Under the pieces are notes generated by a model. That model was given only the letters and a program-made list of their open reading frames with translations. It ran no database searches and was not told the DNA's origin. Positions 18,219 through 28,583 of a DNA stretch of 64,000 nucleotides are shown one piece after another; within the stretch, counting starts at the first letter, position 1; every line of letters begins with the position of its first letter. The stretch covers positions 31,369 through 95,368 of the forward strand of contig JBEIDW010000001.1 of assembly GCA_040383265.1 (NCBI GenBank), given 5' to 3'. This stretch comes from Hyphomicrobiales bacterium. GTDB lineage: Bacteria; Pseudomonadota; Alphaproteobacteria; Rhizobiales; Aestuariivirgaceae. A program made the position numbers and the translations under genes.

Positions 18219-20125
18219 TGCGCCGCCTCGGCCTTTGCCTTCTTCTGCTGATCGCCTGCGCCAGCCCCGCCTGGGCGGAGGAGCGCATCACGGCGTTTGT
18301 CAGCGCGGCGACGGTAAATGCCGATGCGTCGCTCAGCATGCATGAGACAATCACCGTGGTGGCGGAGGGCCGCCAGATTCGCCGTGGCATCTTCCGCGAT
18401 TTCCCAACCCTCTACACGGACCCGCATGGCCAGAGGGTCACTGTTGGCTTCGAGGTCGCGCAGGTGAGGCGCAATGGACACGCCGAACCCTATGCGCTTG
18501 AACCAATTGCCAATGGCGTGCGCGTCCGCATCGGCAACGCGGATGTGCTGCTGGATGACGGCCCTCACACCTATGACATCACTTACCGCACCACGCGGCA
18601 GATCGGCTTCTTCGCCAAATACGACGAGCTCTACTGGAACGTGACGGGCAATGGCTGGTCGCTGCCCATTGACCATGCGCGCGCCGAGATCCGCCTGCCC
18701 GCCGGCGCAGATATTCTTCAGCATGCGGAGTATACCGGCTCTCAGGGCGAAGCGGGTGGCGATGCCCGTGTGATCACCGCAAGTGGCACCGCCTACGTCG
18801 CGGAAACCACGCAACCGCTCGCGCCCGGTGAAGGCTTCACTGTCGCCGTCGGCTGGCAGAAGGGCATTCTGACGCCGCCAAGCGGAACCGACCAATGGCG
18901 CTGGTGGCTGGCGGACAACGCGGGGCTTTTCGCGCTGGCGCTGGGGCTCATCGCCTCTGCTTCGTATTTCCTCTTCGCCTGGAACCGGGTGGGGCGCGAC
19001 CCGGTGAGAGGCACGATCATTCCGCTGTTCACGCCGCCGCAAGGCCTATCTCCTGCCGCCATGCGCTATGTGACGCGCTATGGCGCAGACAACAAGGGCT
19101 TTGCTGCGGCACTCGTGGGGCTGGCGGTCAAGGGCCGCCTGAGGATTGATGATGATGACGGCGGCTACAGCATCACAAAGCTTTCGGCCCCAGCATCAGC
19201 CCCCGCCCTCTCGACATCAGAACAAGCGCTCGATCAATCACTCCCGCAGGGAACAACCGCACTCCGCCAGGCCAATCGCCCTGCAGTTCAGGCCGCTAAA
19301 GCCGCGCTCGAGAGCGCACTCAAGGATGAATATGAGGGCAGGGTATTCCTGCGTAATCTGGGCTGGTTTGCCGGGGGACTTGCCATCTCGGTGGCCTGCC
19401 TGATCATCGGTGGATTGCTGCTGCCGCCCGATCAGGGCGTGCCGGGCCTTTTCGCCATCATCTGGATGGGCGTGTGGTGGTCAGCCATCATCGGCTTCGG
19501 CTGGGCCACGCTGAAGGGCGTCCTGGGCGGGCGCGGCATCTGGCAAAAAATCTCTTCGCTCGCGGGGCTTCTGTTCCTCGTGCCCTTCATTGGCGCTGGC
19601 GTCATCGCACCAGCCATGATGCTGTTGCAGGGTGGATCGTCACCGATGCTCTACATGCTGCTCGCCACGGCAGCGTTCCTCGGCATCCTCAATGTGGTGT
19701 TCTACCACTTGCTCCGCGCGCCAACGGGTTCCGGCCGCAAGCTGCTTGATCAGATCGAGGGCTTTCGGCTCTATCTCTCAACGGCTGAGGAAGAGCGGCT
19801 CAAGGTGCTGAACCCGCCGGAAAAGACGCCTGAACTCTTTGAGCGTTACCTTCCTTACGCGCTGGCACTCGATTGTGAAAATGAATGGAATGCGAAATTC
19901 GCCGCGGTGCTGGCTGCCGCGGCGGCGGCAGGCGCCACAGGCCCCATCTGGTATTCTGGCCGCAACTGGGACTTTGGCCGCTCCGATGGCTTCACCAACA
20001 GCCTGGGCCGTAGTCTCGCCGCCAGCACGGCCGCCGCAGCCACTGCGCCGGGGCGCAGCTCAGGGTCTGGCGGTGGCGGATCATCCGGCGGCGGAGGTGG
20101 CGGCGGTGGTGGTGGCGGCTGGTAA
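18218..20125 (+). CDS. DUF2207 membrane protein
   Basis: Signal peptide, RGIFRDFP, DELYWNVTGNGW, FERYLPYALAL, Gly-rich C-terminus ending GGGW; follows lemA. Confidence 0.9.
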   Translation: MRRLGLCLLLLIACASPAWAEERITAFVSAATVNADASLSMHETITVVAEGRQIRRGIFRDFPTLYTDPHGQRVTVGFEVAQVRRNGHAEPYALEPIANGVRVRIGNADVLLDDGPHTYDITYRTTRQIGFFAKYDELYWNVTGNGWSLPIDHARAEIRLPAGADILQHAEYTGSQGEAGGDARVITASGTAYVAETTQPLAPGEGFTVAVGWQKGILTPPSGTDQWRWWLADNAGLFALALGLIASASYFLFAWNRVGRDPVRGTIIPLFTPPQGLSPAAMRYVTRYGADNKGFAAALVGLAVKGRLRIDDDDGGYSITKLSAPASAPALSTSEQALDQSLPQGTTALRQANRPAVQAAKAALESALKDEYEGRVFLRNLGWFAGGLAISVACLIIGGLLLPPDQGVPGLFAIIWMGVWWSAIIGFGWATLKGVLGGRGIWQKISSLAGLLFLVPFIGAGVIAPAMMLLQGGSSPMLYMLLATAAFLGILNVVFYHLLRAPTGSGRKLLDQIEGFRLYLSTAEEERLKVLNPPEKTPELFERYLPYALALDCENEWNAKFAAVLAAAAAAGATGPIWYSGRNWDFGRSDGFTNSLGRSLAASTAAAATAPGRSSGSGGGGSSGGGGGGGGGGGW

Positions 20126-20128
20126 GGC

Positions 20129-21937
20129 CTACCCCTCAAGCGCCTCACGCTTCATTTCAAGTTCGAGCCAGAGTTCTTCGGATGCCGTCAGTTCATCACG
20201 CGCCGCGGTGAGACGCGCGGCGGCGGCATCGAAAGCCTTGGGATCACGCGAGAACAACGCGCCATCCGCCAGCTTTGCTTCCAGCGTACCGATCTCGTCT
20301 TCCAGCTTCTTCATCACAGCAGGAAGCGTCTCAAGGGCGTGCTTGTCCTTGAAGGACAGCTTGCGCTGCGCCTGTGGAACCTGAGGTGCTGACGCCTGCG
20401 CACCATGAGAGCGCTTCTCCTCCGCCTTCGCCTTGCGTGCTTCCACACCCTGCCCGCGCTGGGCCACCATGTCGGAATAGCCCCCTGCATATTCGGTCCA
20501 TGTGCCATCGCCTTCGGCCATCAGCACCGACGTTGCGACACGGTCCAGAAAATCACGGTCATGGCTGACCAGCAGGATGGTGCCCTGGTAATCGGCCAGC
20601 ATCTCCTGCAGCATGTCGAGTGTCTCGAGGTCGAGGTCGTTGGTCGGCTCGTCGAGGATCAGCAGGTTCGATGGCTTGGCCAATTCGCGCGCCAGGATCA
20701 GCCGCCCGCGCTCACCGCCCGACAGAACATTGACAGGCGTTCGCGCCTTGTCAGGAGAGAACAGGAAATCCTTCATATAAGAAATGACGTGCTTGGTCTC
20801 GCCATTGACCGTGACCGAAGACCCGCGGCCATCGGTGATGACATCGGACAGCGTCGCGTTGGGATCGAGGCTCTGGCGGCTCTGGTCCAGCATCACGGTT
20901 TGCAGATTGGCGCCGAGGCGGATCAATCCACTGTCAGGCTCCAACTGCCCGGTGAGCAACTTGATGAGCGTGGTTTTCCCGGCACCATTGGGGCCGACGA
21001 TGCCCAGCCTGTCACCCCGCATAATCAGGAGATCGAGATTGGCGACAATCGGCCGTTCACCGAAACTCTTGGAAACGCCCTTTGCTTCCGCCACCAGCTT
21101 GCCGGACATGTCTCCGGAGGAGGAGGCCATGCGCACTGCGCCCTGGCTTCCCACATGTTCCTTCCGCTCACTGCGCAAGGTTGACAGCAGTTCCACGCGC
21201 CGCATGTTTCGCTTCCGGCGCGCAGTGACGCCATAGCGCATCCAGTGTTCTTCGGCTTCAATGCGCTTGGCGAGAAGCGCCTGCTCAGCCTCTTCCTTGG
21301 CCAAAACCTCATCCCGCCAGGTTTCGAACTGCGCAAAGCCGCGCTCCAGCCTGCGAGATTCGCCGCGGTCCAGCCAGACGGTGCGGTTGGAGAGGGCTTC
21401 CAGAAAGCGCCTGTCATGGCTGATCAGCACGAAGGCCGAGCGGAGGGATTTCAACTCCGCTTCCAGCCACTCGATGGCCGGGAGATCAAGATGGTTGGTG
21501 GGCTCGTCCAGCAGCAGGATGTCAGGCTCTGGCGCAAGCGTGCGGGCGATGGCCGAGCGGCGGATTTCGCCACCCGAAAGGCGCTTCGGGTCTTCATCGC
21601 CGGTCAACCCGAGCTCGCGCAGGAGATAGGTGCAGCGATGCGCATCATCCGTCGGCCCCAGGCCTCCTTCCACATAGTCACGCACCGTGGCGTAGGCGGA
21701 GAGGTCCGGCTCCTGTGGCAGATAACGGATCGTCGTGCCAGGTTGCACCCAGCGTTCACCCTTGTCAGCCTCGATCATGCCGGCGGCGATTTTGAGAAGT
21801 GTGGACTTGCCGGAGCCATTGCGCCCGACCAGCGCCACGCGCTCGCCCTCAGCCACGGCCAGTTCGGCGTTTTCGAGAATGGGGCGGCCGCCGAATGTGA
21901 GGCCGATGCCGCGAAGGTGAAGAAGGATCCTGCTCAT
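20129..21937 (-). CDS. uup: ABC-F family ATPase, Uup-like
   Basis: Two ABC cassettes (GRNGSGKS/LSGGE/DEPTN twice), no TM segments, C-terminal KLSFKD coiled coil. Confidence 0.85.
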   Translation of the reverse strand: MSRILLHLRGIGLTFGGRPILENAELAVAEGERVALVGRNGSGKSTLLKIAAGMIEADKGERWVQPGTTIRYLPQEPDLSAYATVRDYVEGGLGPTDDAHRCTYLLRELGLTGDEDPKRLSGGEIRRSAIARTLAPEPDILLLDEPTNHLDLPAIEWLEAELKSLRSAFVLISHDRRFLEALSNRTVWLDRGESRRLERGFAQFETWRDEVLAKEEAEQALLAKRIEAEEHWMRYGVTARRKRNMRRVELLSTLRSERKEHVGSQGAVRMASSSGDMSGKLVAEAKGVSKSFGERPIVANLDLLIMRGDRLGIVGPNGAGKTTLIKLLTGQLEPDSGLIRLGANLQTVMLDQSRQSLDPNATLSDVITDGRGSSVTVNGETKHVISYMKDFLFSPDKARTPVNVLSGGERGRLILARELAKPSNLLILDEPTNDLDLETLDMLQEMLADYQGTILLVSHDRDFLDRVATSVLMAEGDGTWTEYAGGYSDMVAQRGQGVEARKAKAEEKRSHGAQASAPQVPQAQRKLSFKDKHALETLPAVMKKLEDEIGTLEAKLADGALFSRDPKAFDAAAARLTAARDELTASEELWLELEMKREALEG

Positions 21938-21964
21938 GTCAGCAGGGCTCCTACAGGAAAGACC

Positions 21965-22672
21965 TCAGCTTCTCCAGTCCCCCAGATAGGCCTGAAGCCC
22001 GGGAAGATCAGTGGCGGCGAAGAGGTCCGCCGTGGGCTTCAACGCCAGCAGGCGGCCGTTCTCGAGATAGGCGGTGTGGCTGGCTGCATATTCGGCGTCT
22101 TCCGGCTGGTGGGTGACCATCAGCACGGTCAGGCCTTTGGCGATCCGCATCGCGATCACAAGGTCCAGCATGTCCCGCCGGAGCGCGGGGCCAAGCGCGG
22201 CGAATGGCTCATCCAGCAGCAGCACGGGCCTGTCGCGCACCAGCGCCCGCGCCACCGCCACGCGCTGGCGCTCGCCGCCTGAAACCTCGCCAGGCTTGCG
22301 CCCCGCCAGTGCATGCAAGCCAACCTCCTTTAGGGCCGCATCCACGCGCAACTTCTGATCCACATCCAGCTTCAGCGAGGGCGACACTCCCAGCGCCACG
22401 TTCTGCCACACGGAAAGATGCGCGAAGACATTGTTATCCTGAAAGATCATGTTGACCGGACGCTGATCCGGCGGAAGGGCGGTGACATTCTGCCCCTCGA
22501 TCAGCACGTGGCCAGACTGTGGCGTTTCAAAGCCCGCGATGAGGTTCAGAAGCGTAGATTTGCCGCTGCCGCTGGGACCGATGATGGCCGTCAAGGAGTT
22601 CTTCGGAAACACAGCATCGAAGGCCATGTCCATTTCTTCATAGCGGAAGCGTATGTGGTCGAGGCGGATCAT
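21965..22672 (-). CDS. thiQ: Thiamine ABC transporter ATP-binding protein
   Basis: GPSGSGKS, FQDNNVFAHL, LLDEPFAALGPALR; in the thiBP operon. Confidence 0.93.
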   Translation of the reverse strand: MIRLDHIRFRYEEMDMAFDAVFPKNSLTAIIGPSGSGKSTLLNLIAGFETPQSGHVLIEGQNVTALPPDQRPVNMIFQDNNVFAHLSVWQNVALGVSPSLKLDVDQKLRVDAALKEVGLHALAGRKPGEVSGGERQRVAVARALVRDRPVLLLDEPFAALGPALRRDMLDLVIAMRIAKGLTVLMVTHQPEDAEYAASHTAYLENGRLLALKPTADLFAATDLPGLQAYLGDWRS

Positions 22673-24198
22673 CTGGATTCACTCCAACGTTCGGCCAGCG
22701 TTGATAAGGCCAGCACAATCAGGCCCAGCACCAGTGCCGTACCGATGGCTTCATCGAAGCGGTAGCTTCCCATCTGACGGTAAATCAGCGCGGGCAGCGT
22801 CACGAAGTCTTGCGTGCCAAACAGTGAGATGGCGGTCAGGTCGCCGAGCGACAGGATCAGCGCCATGACGAGGGCAAGCCCGATGGCCCGCTTCATGACT
22901 GGCAGTTCAATGAGGCGGAAACGGCTCCAGCCGGAAAGGCCGAGGCCCAAGCAAAGCCTGTCATGCGCCTGCGATGATTGGGCGAGGGCGGGTAAGAGGG
23001 CGCGGGCGGTGAAGGGCAACGACATCAACGCATTCATGGCGATGACAAGGAAAGCCGCAAGACCCCCGAGGCCGGAATAGGCGATGAGCGTGATGAACCA
23101 GCCAGTGGCAAGAGCCGCGGGCGGCACGATCCATGAGGTGAGCACCGCGAGCGACGCAACCTTGCGCCATGCGTCCTTACGCACCGCAAGAACCGCCAGC
23201 GGCCAGACCAGCGCGAATGAGAGCGCGGCACTGGCACAGCCGAGGGCCAGGCTCGTCCCGATCGCCTTGAGCAGCACAGGTGAAAGAGCGATGCGGCTGA
23301 TACCCGCCGTGATAAGCGCCGCCAGAGGCGGCACAAGCAATGCGAGTGCCAGCGCAATCACGACCGCATCAAGCAGGCGGGCCTTCATCGTCTTGCCGTC
23401 ATACCGCCGGCCACCCAGCCGCAACATGGGGATGCCCAGCGCGAAGCCACCCCAGCGCTGCGCCAGCACTGCAAGGCCTGCGCACAACGCCAATTGCACC
23501 AGTGCCAGCATGGAGGCGCGCTGCGGATCGAAATCAGCCCGCAGTGATTGGTAGATCGCCACTTCCAGCGTGGTAGCGCGGGGGCCACCACCCAAGGTCA
23601 GCACGATGGCGAAACTCGAGGCACAGAGCAGGAAGATCAGCAACGCCGCACCGGGAAGGCCGCCACGGATCGCCGGCCACTCGATGATGCGCCATTGAGC
23701 GAAAGAGGTGAGGCCAAGCTGGCTGCCGAGTTTCCAGCTTTCCGGCGGGATGCGCTCGAGATCCGAGAGAATCAACCGCGCGGCCAACGGCGCGTTGAAG
23801 AAGACATGCGCCAGCAGGATGCCGGTGAGGCCATAGAGATTGAACCAGCCGCCAAGCCAGCCCTTGGTGCCATAAATCTCAATGATGCCGATGATGACAA
23901 CGATGGAGGGCAGTGCCAGCGGCAGGTTCAACAGCCGTACCAGCGCGGAACGCCCCGGAAAGCGCGATTGCCTTGCCAGCGCACGGGCCAATGGCAGGCC
24001 GAGCATCACCGACAGCACCGTCGAAAGCCCTGCCTGAAGCAGGGTGAAGCTCAAGACACGGAAGATATACGGATCAAGGCCGCGAAGCCCCTGCTCCACG
24101 CCCATGCGCAGCACAGGCAGGAAGCCAGCAGCGAGGGCGAGAGACAAAAAGGCGAGCGCCGCATAGGCCGGCGCCCGCGATGGTTGGTAAGTCGTCAC
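22669..24198 (-). CDS. thiP: Thiamine ABC transporter permease
   Basis: [38 protein letters not shown]; GTG start overlapping the thiB stop. Confidence 0.92.
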   Translation of the reverse strand: MTTYQPSRAPAYAALAFLSLALAAGFLPVLRMGVEQGLRGLDPYIFRVLSFTLLQAGLSTVLSVMLGLPLARALARQSRFPGRSALVRLLNLPLALPSIVVIIGIIEIYGTKGWLGGWFNLYGLTGILLAHVFFNAPLAARLILSDLERIPPESWKLGSQLGLTSFAQWRIIEWPAIRGGLPGAALLIFLLCASSFAIVLTLGGGPRATTLEVAIYQSLRADFDPQRASMLALVQLALCAGLAVLAQRWGGFALGIPMLRLGGRRYDGKTMKARLLDAVVIALALALLVPPLAALITAGISRIALSPVLLKAIGTSLALGCASAALSFALVWPLAVLAVRKDAWRKVASLAVLTSWIVPPAALATGWFITLIAYSGLGGLAAFLVIAMNALMSLPFTARALLPALAQSSQAHDRLCLGLGLSGWSRFRLIELPVMKRAIGLALVMALILSLGDLTAISLFGTQDFVTLPALIYRQMGSYRFDEAIGTALVLGLIVLALSTLAERWSESR

Positions 24199-25193
24199 TG
24201 CACCGTGGCGTTCAGCCACTCGTCAATCCAGGCGCGGCGGTTCTGCTCTACCTCTTCCGGCGAAAAGAGCAGCGTCTTGTCCGGCTTCACCAGTTGGTCG
24301 AAGGCGGGCGGCAACGCTTCAGACGTCTTGCCCGCCGGGAACATCCAGTTATTGGTGGGGATCTGGTCCTGGAAGCCCGGGTCCATCATGAAGGCCATGA
24401 ACTTCTTCGCCAGTTCCTTGTTCTTGCTGGTCTCGATAATGCCCGCGACCTCCACCTGCAGGTAATGGCCCTCCGCGAAGGAGGCAGCCTTGTAGCGCTC
24501 GCTGTTCTCGGCGATCACATGATAGGCGGGAGAGGTGGTGTAGGAGAGCACCATCGGGGCTTCGCCCTTGGTGAAAAGCGCATAAGCCTCAGACCAGCCA
24601 GGGGTGACGGTGAGGACGCGGCCCTGCAGCTTCTTCCATGCTTCCGGAGCCTTGTCGCCATAGACCTTCTTCATCCACAGCAGGAAGCCTAAGCCCGGCG
24701 TCGAGGAGCGCGGATCCTGTAGCACGATCTTCTGCTTGGGGTCGCCGTTGACCAATTCGTCCAGCGACTTCGGCGGATCTTTCATGACTTCAGTGTCATA
24801 AACAACAGCAAAGTAACCATAGTCAAACGGCATGAAGTATTCATCCGCCCACGGAATAGGCGTCTTCGCCTCGCCCAGGTCCATCCCGTGCTTGCCGAAC
24901 AGGCCCGTCTTCTGGGCTTCAGCCGTGAGATTGGTGTCGAGTCCCAGCACCACATCTGCCTTGGTGCCGGCCCCTTCGAGCTTCAGGCGGTTCAGCATCG
25001 CGACGCCATCGCCGGGGGCAACCCATTCCAGAATGCAGCCGCATTCCTTTTCGAAGGCTTCCTTCACCTTGGGCCCAGGGCCCCATTCGGAAACGAAGCT
25101 GTCATAGGTGTAAACAGTCAGCGTATCCTTCGCCACCGCAGGTGCGGTGAGCGAGAGAAGCGCGAACAGAGCAGTCAGAGTTTTCTTCATCAT
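24195..25193 (-). CDS. thiB: Thiamine ABC transporter substrate-binding protein
   Basis: Signal peptide, [43 protein letters not shown]. Confidence 0.96.
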   Translation of the reverse strand: MMKKTLTALFALLSLTAPAVAKDTLTVYTYDSFVSEWGPGPKVKEAFEKECGCILEWVAPGDGVAMLNRLKLEGAGTKADVVLGLDTNLTAEAQKTGLFGKHGMDLGEAKTPIPWADEYFMPFDYGYFAVVYDTEVMKDPPKSLDELVNGDPKQKIVLQDPRSSTPGLGFLLWMKKVYGDKAPEAWKKLQGRVLTVTPGWSEAYALFTKGEAPMVLSYTTSPAYHVIAENSERYKAASFAEGHYLQVEVAGIIETSKNKELAKKFMAFMMDPGFQDQIPTNNWMFPAGKTSEALPPAFDQLVKPDKTLLFSPEEVEQNRRAWIDEWLNATVQ

Positions 25194-25194
25194 T

Positions 25195-25218
25195 CCTCCA
25201 TTCGCCGTTGGATGGAGG
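25195..25218 (-). promoter_or_regulatory. Shine-Dalgarno sequestering hairpin (riboswitch expression platform)
   Basis: Minus strand CCTCCAT-N10-ATGGAGG pairs the thiB SD. Confidence 0.7.
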
Positions 25219-25249
25219 TTTGGATATCCTCGGGGGAGAACATCCGCCC

Positions 25250-25346
25250 ACAATCCCTCCGCCGGCATGATCCGGATCAGGTTCAGCGGGTCTGGAACAC
25301 GATTATTCCATCTCAGCCGCTTGGAGCGGCACCCCGTTGAGAGCAA
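25250..25346 (-). ncRNA. TPP riboswitch (THI box)
   Basis: Minus strand CGGGGTGCC..GGCTGAGA..GACCCGCTGAACCTGATCCGGATCATGCCGGCGGAGGGA; upstream of thiB. Confidence 0.96.
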
Positions 25347-25404
25347 TCACAGTGGTAATGCTTCGGGGATGCGCTGGCAAGACAGTTTTGCTAGGGAGTC
25401 AAGA

Positions 25405-26046
25405 ATGACACGATTTGCCATTCTTCTCGGGGGCGACCTGACGGTGACACCGAGGCTCCGCGGCCAGATCCGGGGCGCGCGCGTGATTGCCGCCGACAGC
25501 GGCATGATGCATGCCGCGAGCCTGGGCCTTGTGCCGGAACTCTGGGTGGGGGATTTCGATTCCGCCGGTTCCGAACTGACCCTGCAATACCGCGATGTGC
25601 CGCGCGAGACCTTTCCGGCCGAGAAGGACGCCACCGACGGGGCCATCGCCGTGGCCGAGACCATCCGCCGGGGTGCAACGGAACTCGTGCTGCTGGGCGG
25701 CCTTGGCGGCCAGACCGACCACACCATGGGCGTTCTGGGCCAGAGTTTCGCCATTGCTAGGCAGGGCCTGACCTGCCTGCTGACCAGCGGCGCTGAGGAA
25801 GCCTGGCCGCTCATTCCCGGCGAGACAGCGATGGATCTTCCGCCAGAAACCCGCCTGTCCATCATCCCCTATACCGATCTCGAAGGGTTGGATCTCGACG
25901 GCGTGAAGTGGCCGCTTGTGAACCGCAGCGTTCCGCTGGGTTCAACCCTCACACTTTCCAATGTAGCGCTGGGGCCGGTACGACTCTCGTTGCGTGCAGG
26001 CCACGGCATCGCCATCGCCTATCCGCCAGTGAGTTCCGATGACTGA
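25405..26046 (+). CDS. thiN: Thiamine pyrophosphokinase
   Basis: IAADSG, WVGDFDS, EKDATD, GG.GG.TDH, GVKWPL, TLTLSN. Confidence 0.92.
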   Translation: MTRFAILLGGDLTVTPRLRGQIRGARVIAADSGMMHAASLGLVPELWVGDFDSAGSELTLQYRDVPRETFPAEKDATDGAIAVAETIRRGATELVLLGGLGGQTDHTMGVLGQSFAIARQGLTCLLTSGAEEAWPLIPGETAMDLPPETRLSIIPYTDLEGLDLDGVKWPLVNRSVPLGSTLTLSNVALGPVRLSLRAGHGIAIAYPPVSSDD

Positions 26047-27256
26047 TTTCAAACTGCATATTGATGACATGGGTCGCCGCGGCGAGGGCGTTGCGCATGA
26101 GGATGGCCGCGCCCTGTTCGTGCCGGGCACACTTCCTGCTGAAGAGGTTACGGCAACAGGCGAAGGTGAACGGCTCACGCTGGTTTCCATCAACCAGCCT
26201 TCTCCTGACCGCATACAGGCCTTCTGCAAGCACTATGGCCGCTGTGGCGGCTGCCAGTTGCAGCATTGGCGCGAAGAACCTTACCGCGCCTGGAAGGCCG
26301 GCCTTGTGGTGGAGGCGCTTGCGGCAAAAGGCATGTCCATCACCACGCCAGACTGCATTGATGCGCATGGCGCGGGCCGCCGCCGCGTGAGTATTCATGC
26401 GCGGCGGAAGGACAAGCAGGCAACGGCTGGCTTCATGGAAGCACGCAGCCACACCCTCCTTGATATCGACGCCTGCCCCGTTCTCGAACCTGCATTGTCT
26501 CCCGCTTTCGACATCGCGCGCAGCATTGCCGCGAAGCTGGGCGACTGCGACGTGGCGGTGACGGCGACCCTCACCGGCCTTGATGTGAGCGTCAGGGCAG
26601 AGCGCAAGTTCGTCGCAGCCGAACATGCAAGGCTGGCGGATTTTCTCGCCACGCTGAAACTGGCCCGCCTCACGGTCAACAGCGAGGTGATCGCCACCGC
26701 CGCTCCGCCGCGCCTGCGAATTGGCACGGCGGATGTGGCCTTGCCGCCCGGCGGCTTCCTGCAAGCAACTGCAGCAGGCGAGGAAGCGCTTGCTGGCCTC
26801 GTGCTCGATTATGTGGGCAAGGCGAAGTTGGTGGCAGACCTGTTCTGCGGCATCGGACCTTTCGCCTTGCGGCTGGCGCAGCGGGCGAAGGTTGAGGCCT
26901 ATGACGGCGACCGCGCCGCCATTGCCGCGCTGAACGGCGCCATCCGGTCAGCGACGGGCCTCAAGCCCATCACCGCCGCCGTGCGCGATCTCTTCCGTGA
27001 GCCGCTTGTACCAAACGAGATGAAGCTGATCGATGCCGTGGTGTTCGACCCGCCGCGCGCCGGGGCCGAGGCGCAGGCAAGGCAACTGGCGCGCTCCAAG
27101 GTGAAAACCGTGGTGGCCGTTTCCTGCGATGCCGGAACCTTCGCGCGTGACGCGGAAATTCTGACTGGCGGTGGCTACACGCTGAAGCGTGTTACCGCCG
27201 TGGATCAGTTCAAATGGTCCTCGCATGTGGAAGTCGTGGCGCTGTTCACACGCTGA
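26039..27256 (+). CDS. Class I SAM-dependent RNA m5U methyltransferase (RlmD/TrmA family)
   Basis: CKHYGRCGGCQLQH Fe-S motif, FLQA, DLFCGIG, DPPRAG, VSC, DQF..S.HVE. Confidence 0.9.
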   Translation: MTDFKLHIDDMGRRGEGVAHEDGRALFVPGTLPAEEVTATGEGERLTLVSINQPSPDRIQAFCKHYGRCGGCQLQHWREEPYRAWKAGLVVEALAAKGMSITTPDCIDAHGAGRRRVSIHARRKDKQATAGFMEARSHTLLDIDACPVLEPALSPAFDIARSIAAKLGDCDVAVTATLTGLDVSVRAERKFVAAEHARLADFLATLKLARLTVNSEVIATAAPPRLRIGTADVALPPGGFLQATAAGEEALAGLVLDYVGKAKLVADLFCGIGPFALRLAQRAKVEAYDGDRAAIAALNGAIRSATGLKPITAAVRDLFREPLVPNEMKLIDAVVFDPPRAGAEAQARQLARSKVKTVVAVSCDAGTFARDAEILTGGGYTLKRVTAVDQFKWSSHVEVVALFTR

Positions 27257-27287
27257 CAGTGCCGGACGCATATGCTAGGTGTCGACC

Positions 27288-28583
27288 ATGATGGACGCGG
27301 ATGTCATTGTCGCAGGCGGCGGGCTCGCAGGCGCTGCTGCAGCCCTGAAACTTGCAAAGGCGGGACAGCGCGTCACGCTGCTTGAAGCGCAGGCCCGGCT
27401 GGGCGGCCGCGCCTTTGCCCGCGCATTCGGCACGGGTGGACCTGACCTCGAATTCGGCGGCGCGTGGATCACGCCGTGGCACACGCGGCTGCGTACGCTT
27501 GTGGCGGAACATGGGCTGAGCCTGCGGCCGAGACACCCCGTCACCCATCGCTTGTGGTTGCGCGATGGTGCGCTGCATGCCGATTCGCCTGCTTCGCCGG
27601 CAGATGTGACAGCGCATGAACGTGCCATTGCCCGCGTGGCCGTGGATGCGATCCTTCTCAAGAAGGGCTTTTCCGAAAACGAGGCAGGACAGGCACTGCG
27701 CGGCATCTCCTTCGAAGCCTATCTTGACCGGCTCGGCTGCCCGGCATCAACGCGTGGACTGTTTTCTGCGTGGTGGACGGTATCGGGCAATGGTGATCAC
27801 GCCACGGTCGCTGCCTCCGAATTCCTCGCGAGCTGCGCGTATGACAATGGCCTGGCCGAGGGCATGATCCGCTTCTGGTCCGATACAGTGACGCCCGGGA
27901 TGGGCGCGCTGGCCGAACGCATGATTGCGGCCTCCGGTGCGCAGGTGATCACGTCTGCCCCCGTCACGACTGTCACGCAAACGGCAAGCGGCGTTGCGGT
28001 GACGGCGGGTGGGGCAACCCATCACGCGAAGGGCGTCATCCTAGCGCTTGGCCTCAATCAGTTGAAGCCCCTGCACGTCACGCCCACGCTTTCAGAGGCA
28101 AAGCGAGGCGCCATCTCGCTGGGCCATGGCGGGCGATCGTTCAAGCTTTGGATCAAGGCGGAGGGCGTGCCGGTGGGAACGCTCGTCACCGGCGATGGCA
28201 GCGGCCTTGAATTCGCTTTCGCCGAACGCAAGGCGGATGATGGGTCGACGCTGATCGTGGCCTTCGGGCTAACGGGCAAGGACACTCACCCGTCTGATGC
28301 AGCATGGGTGAAAGCGCAGGCGGCGAAGCTCTTTCCCAACGCGCGTATCCTGTCGCATGACTGGCACGACTGGGTGGAAGACCCCTTTGCGCGTGGCACC
28401 TGGGTGGCCGCACTCGCCGGGCATGAAGACGGTTTCGACCCCGGGACCTGGGCGCCGGAGGGACGGGTGGCGTTTGCCTCGTCCGACTATGCGCGCGAAC
28501 AGGCCGGTTGGTTCGAGGGCGCGGTGATTGCAGGAGAGGACGCCGCAGACGCGATGCTGACACTCACGCGAAGAGCTGGCTGA
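27288..28583 (+). CDS. Flavin monoamine oxidase family protein
   Basis: GGGLAG, LEA..RLGGR, EFGGAW, HDW..DPFARGTW, FASSD, GWFEGA. Confidence 0.88.
   Translation: MMDADVIVAGGGLAGAAAALKLAKAGQRVTLLEAQARLGGRAFARAFGTGGPDLEFGGAWITPWHTRLRTLVAEHGLSLRPRHPVTHRLWLRDGALHADSPASPADVTAHERAIARVAVDAILLKKGFSENEAGQALRGISFEAYLDRLGCPASTRGLFSAWWTVSGNGDHATVAASEFLASCAYDNGLAEGMIRFWSDTVTPGMGALAERMIAASGAQVITSAPVTTVTQTASGVAVTAGGATHHAKGVILALGLNQLKPLHVTPTLSEAKRGAISLGHGGRSFKLWIKAEGVPVGTLVTGDGSGLEFAFAERKADDGSTLIVAFGLTGKDTHPSDAAWVKAQAAKLFPNARILSHDWHDWVEDPFARGTWVAALAGHEDGFDPGTWAPEGRVAFASSDYAREQAGWFEGAVIAGEDAADAMLTLTRRAG

Noticed and set aside
20040-20125. GGC/GGT-rich tandem repeat
   Set aside because: Encodes the normal Gly-rich tail of DUF2207 proteins
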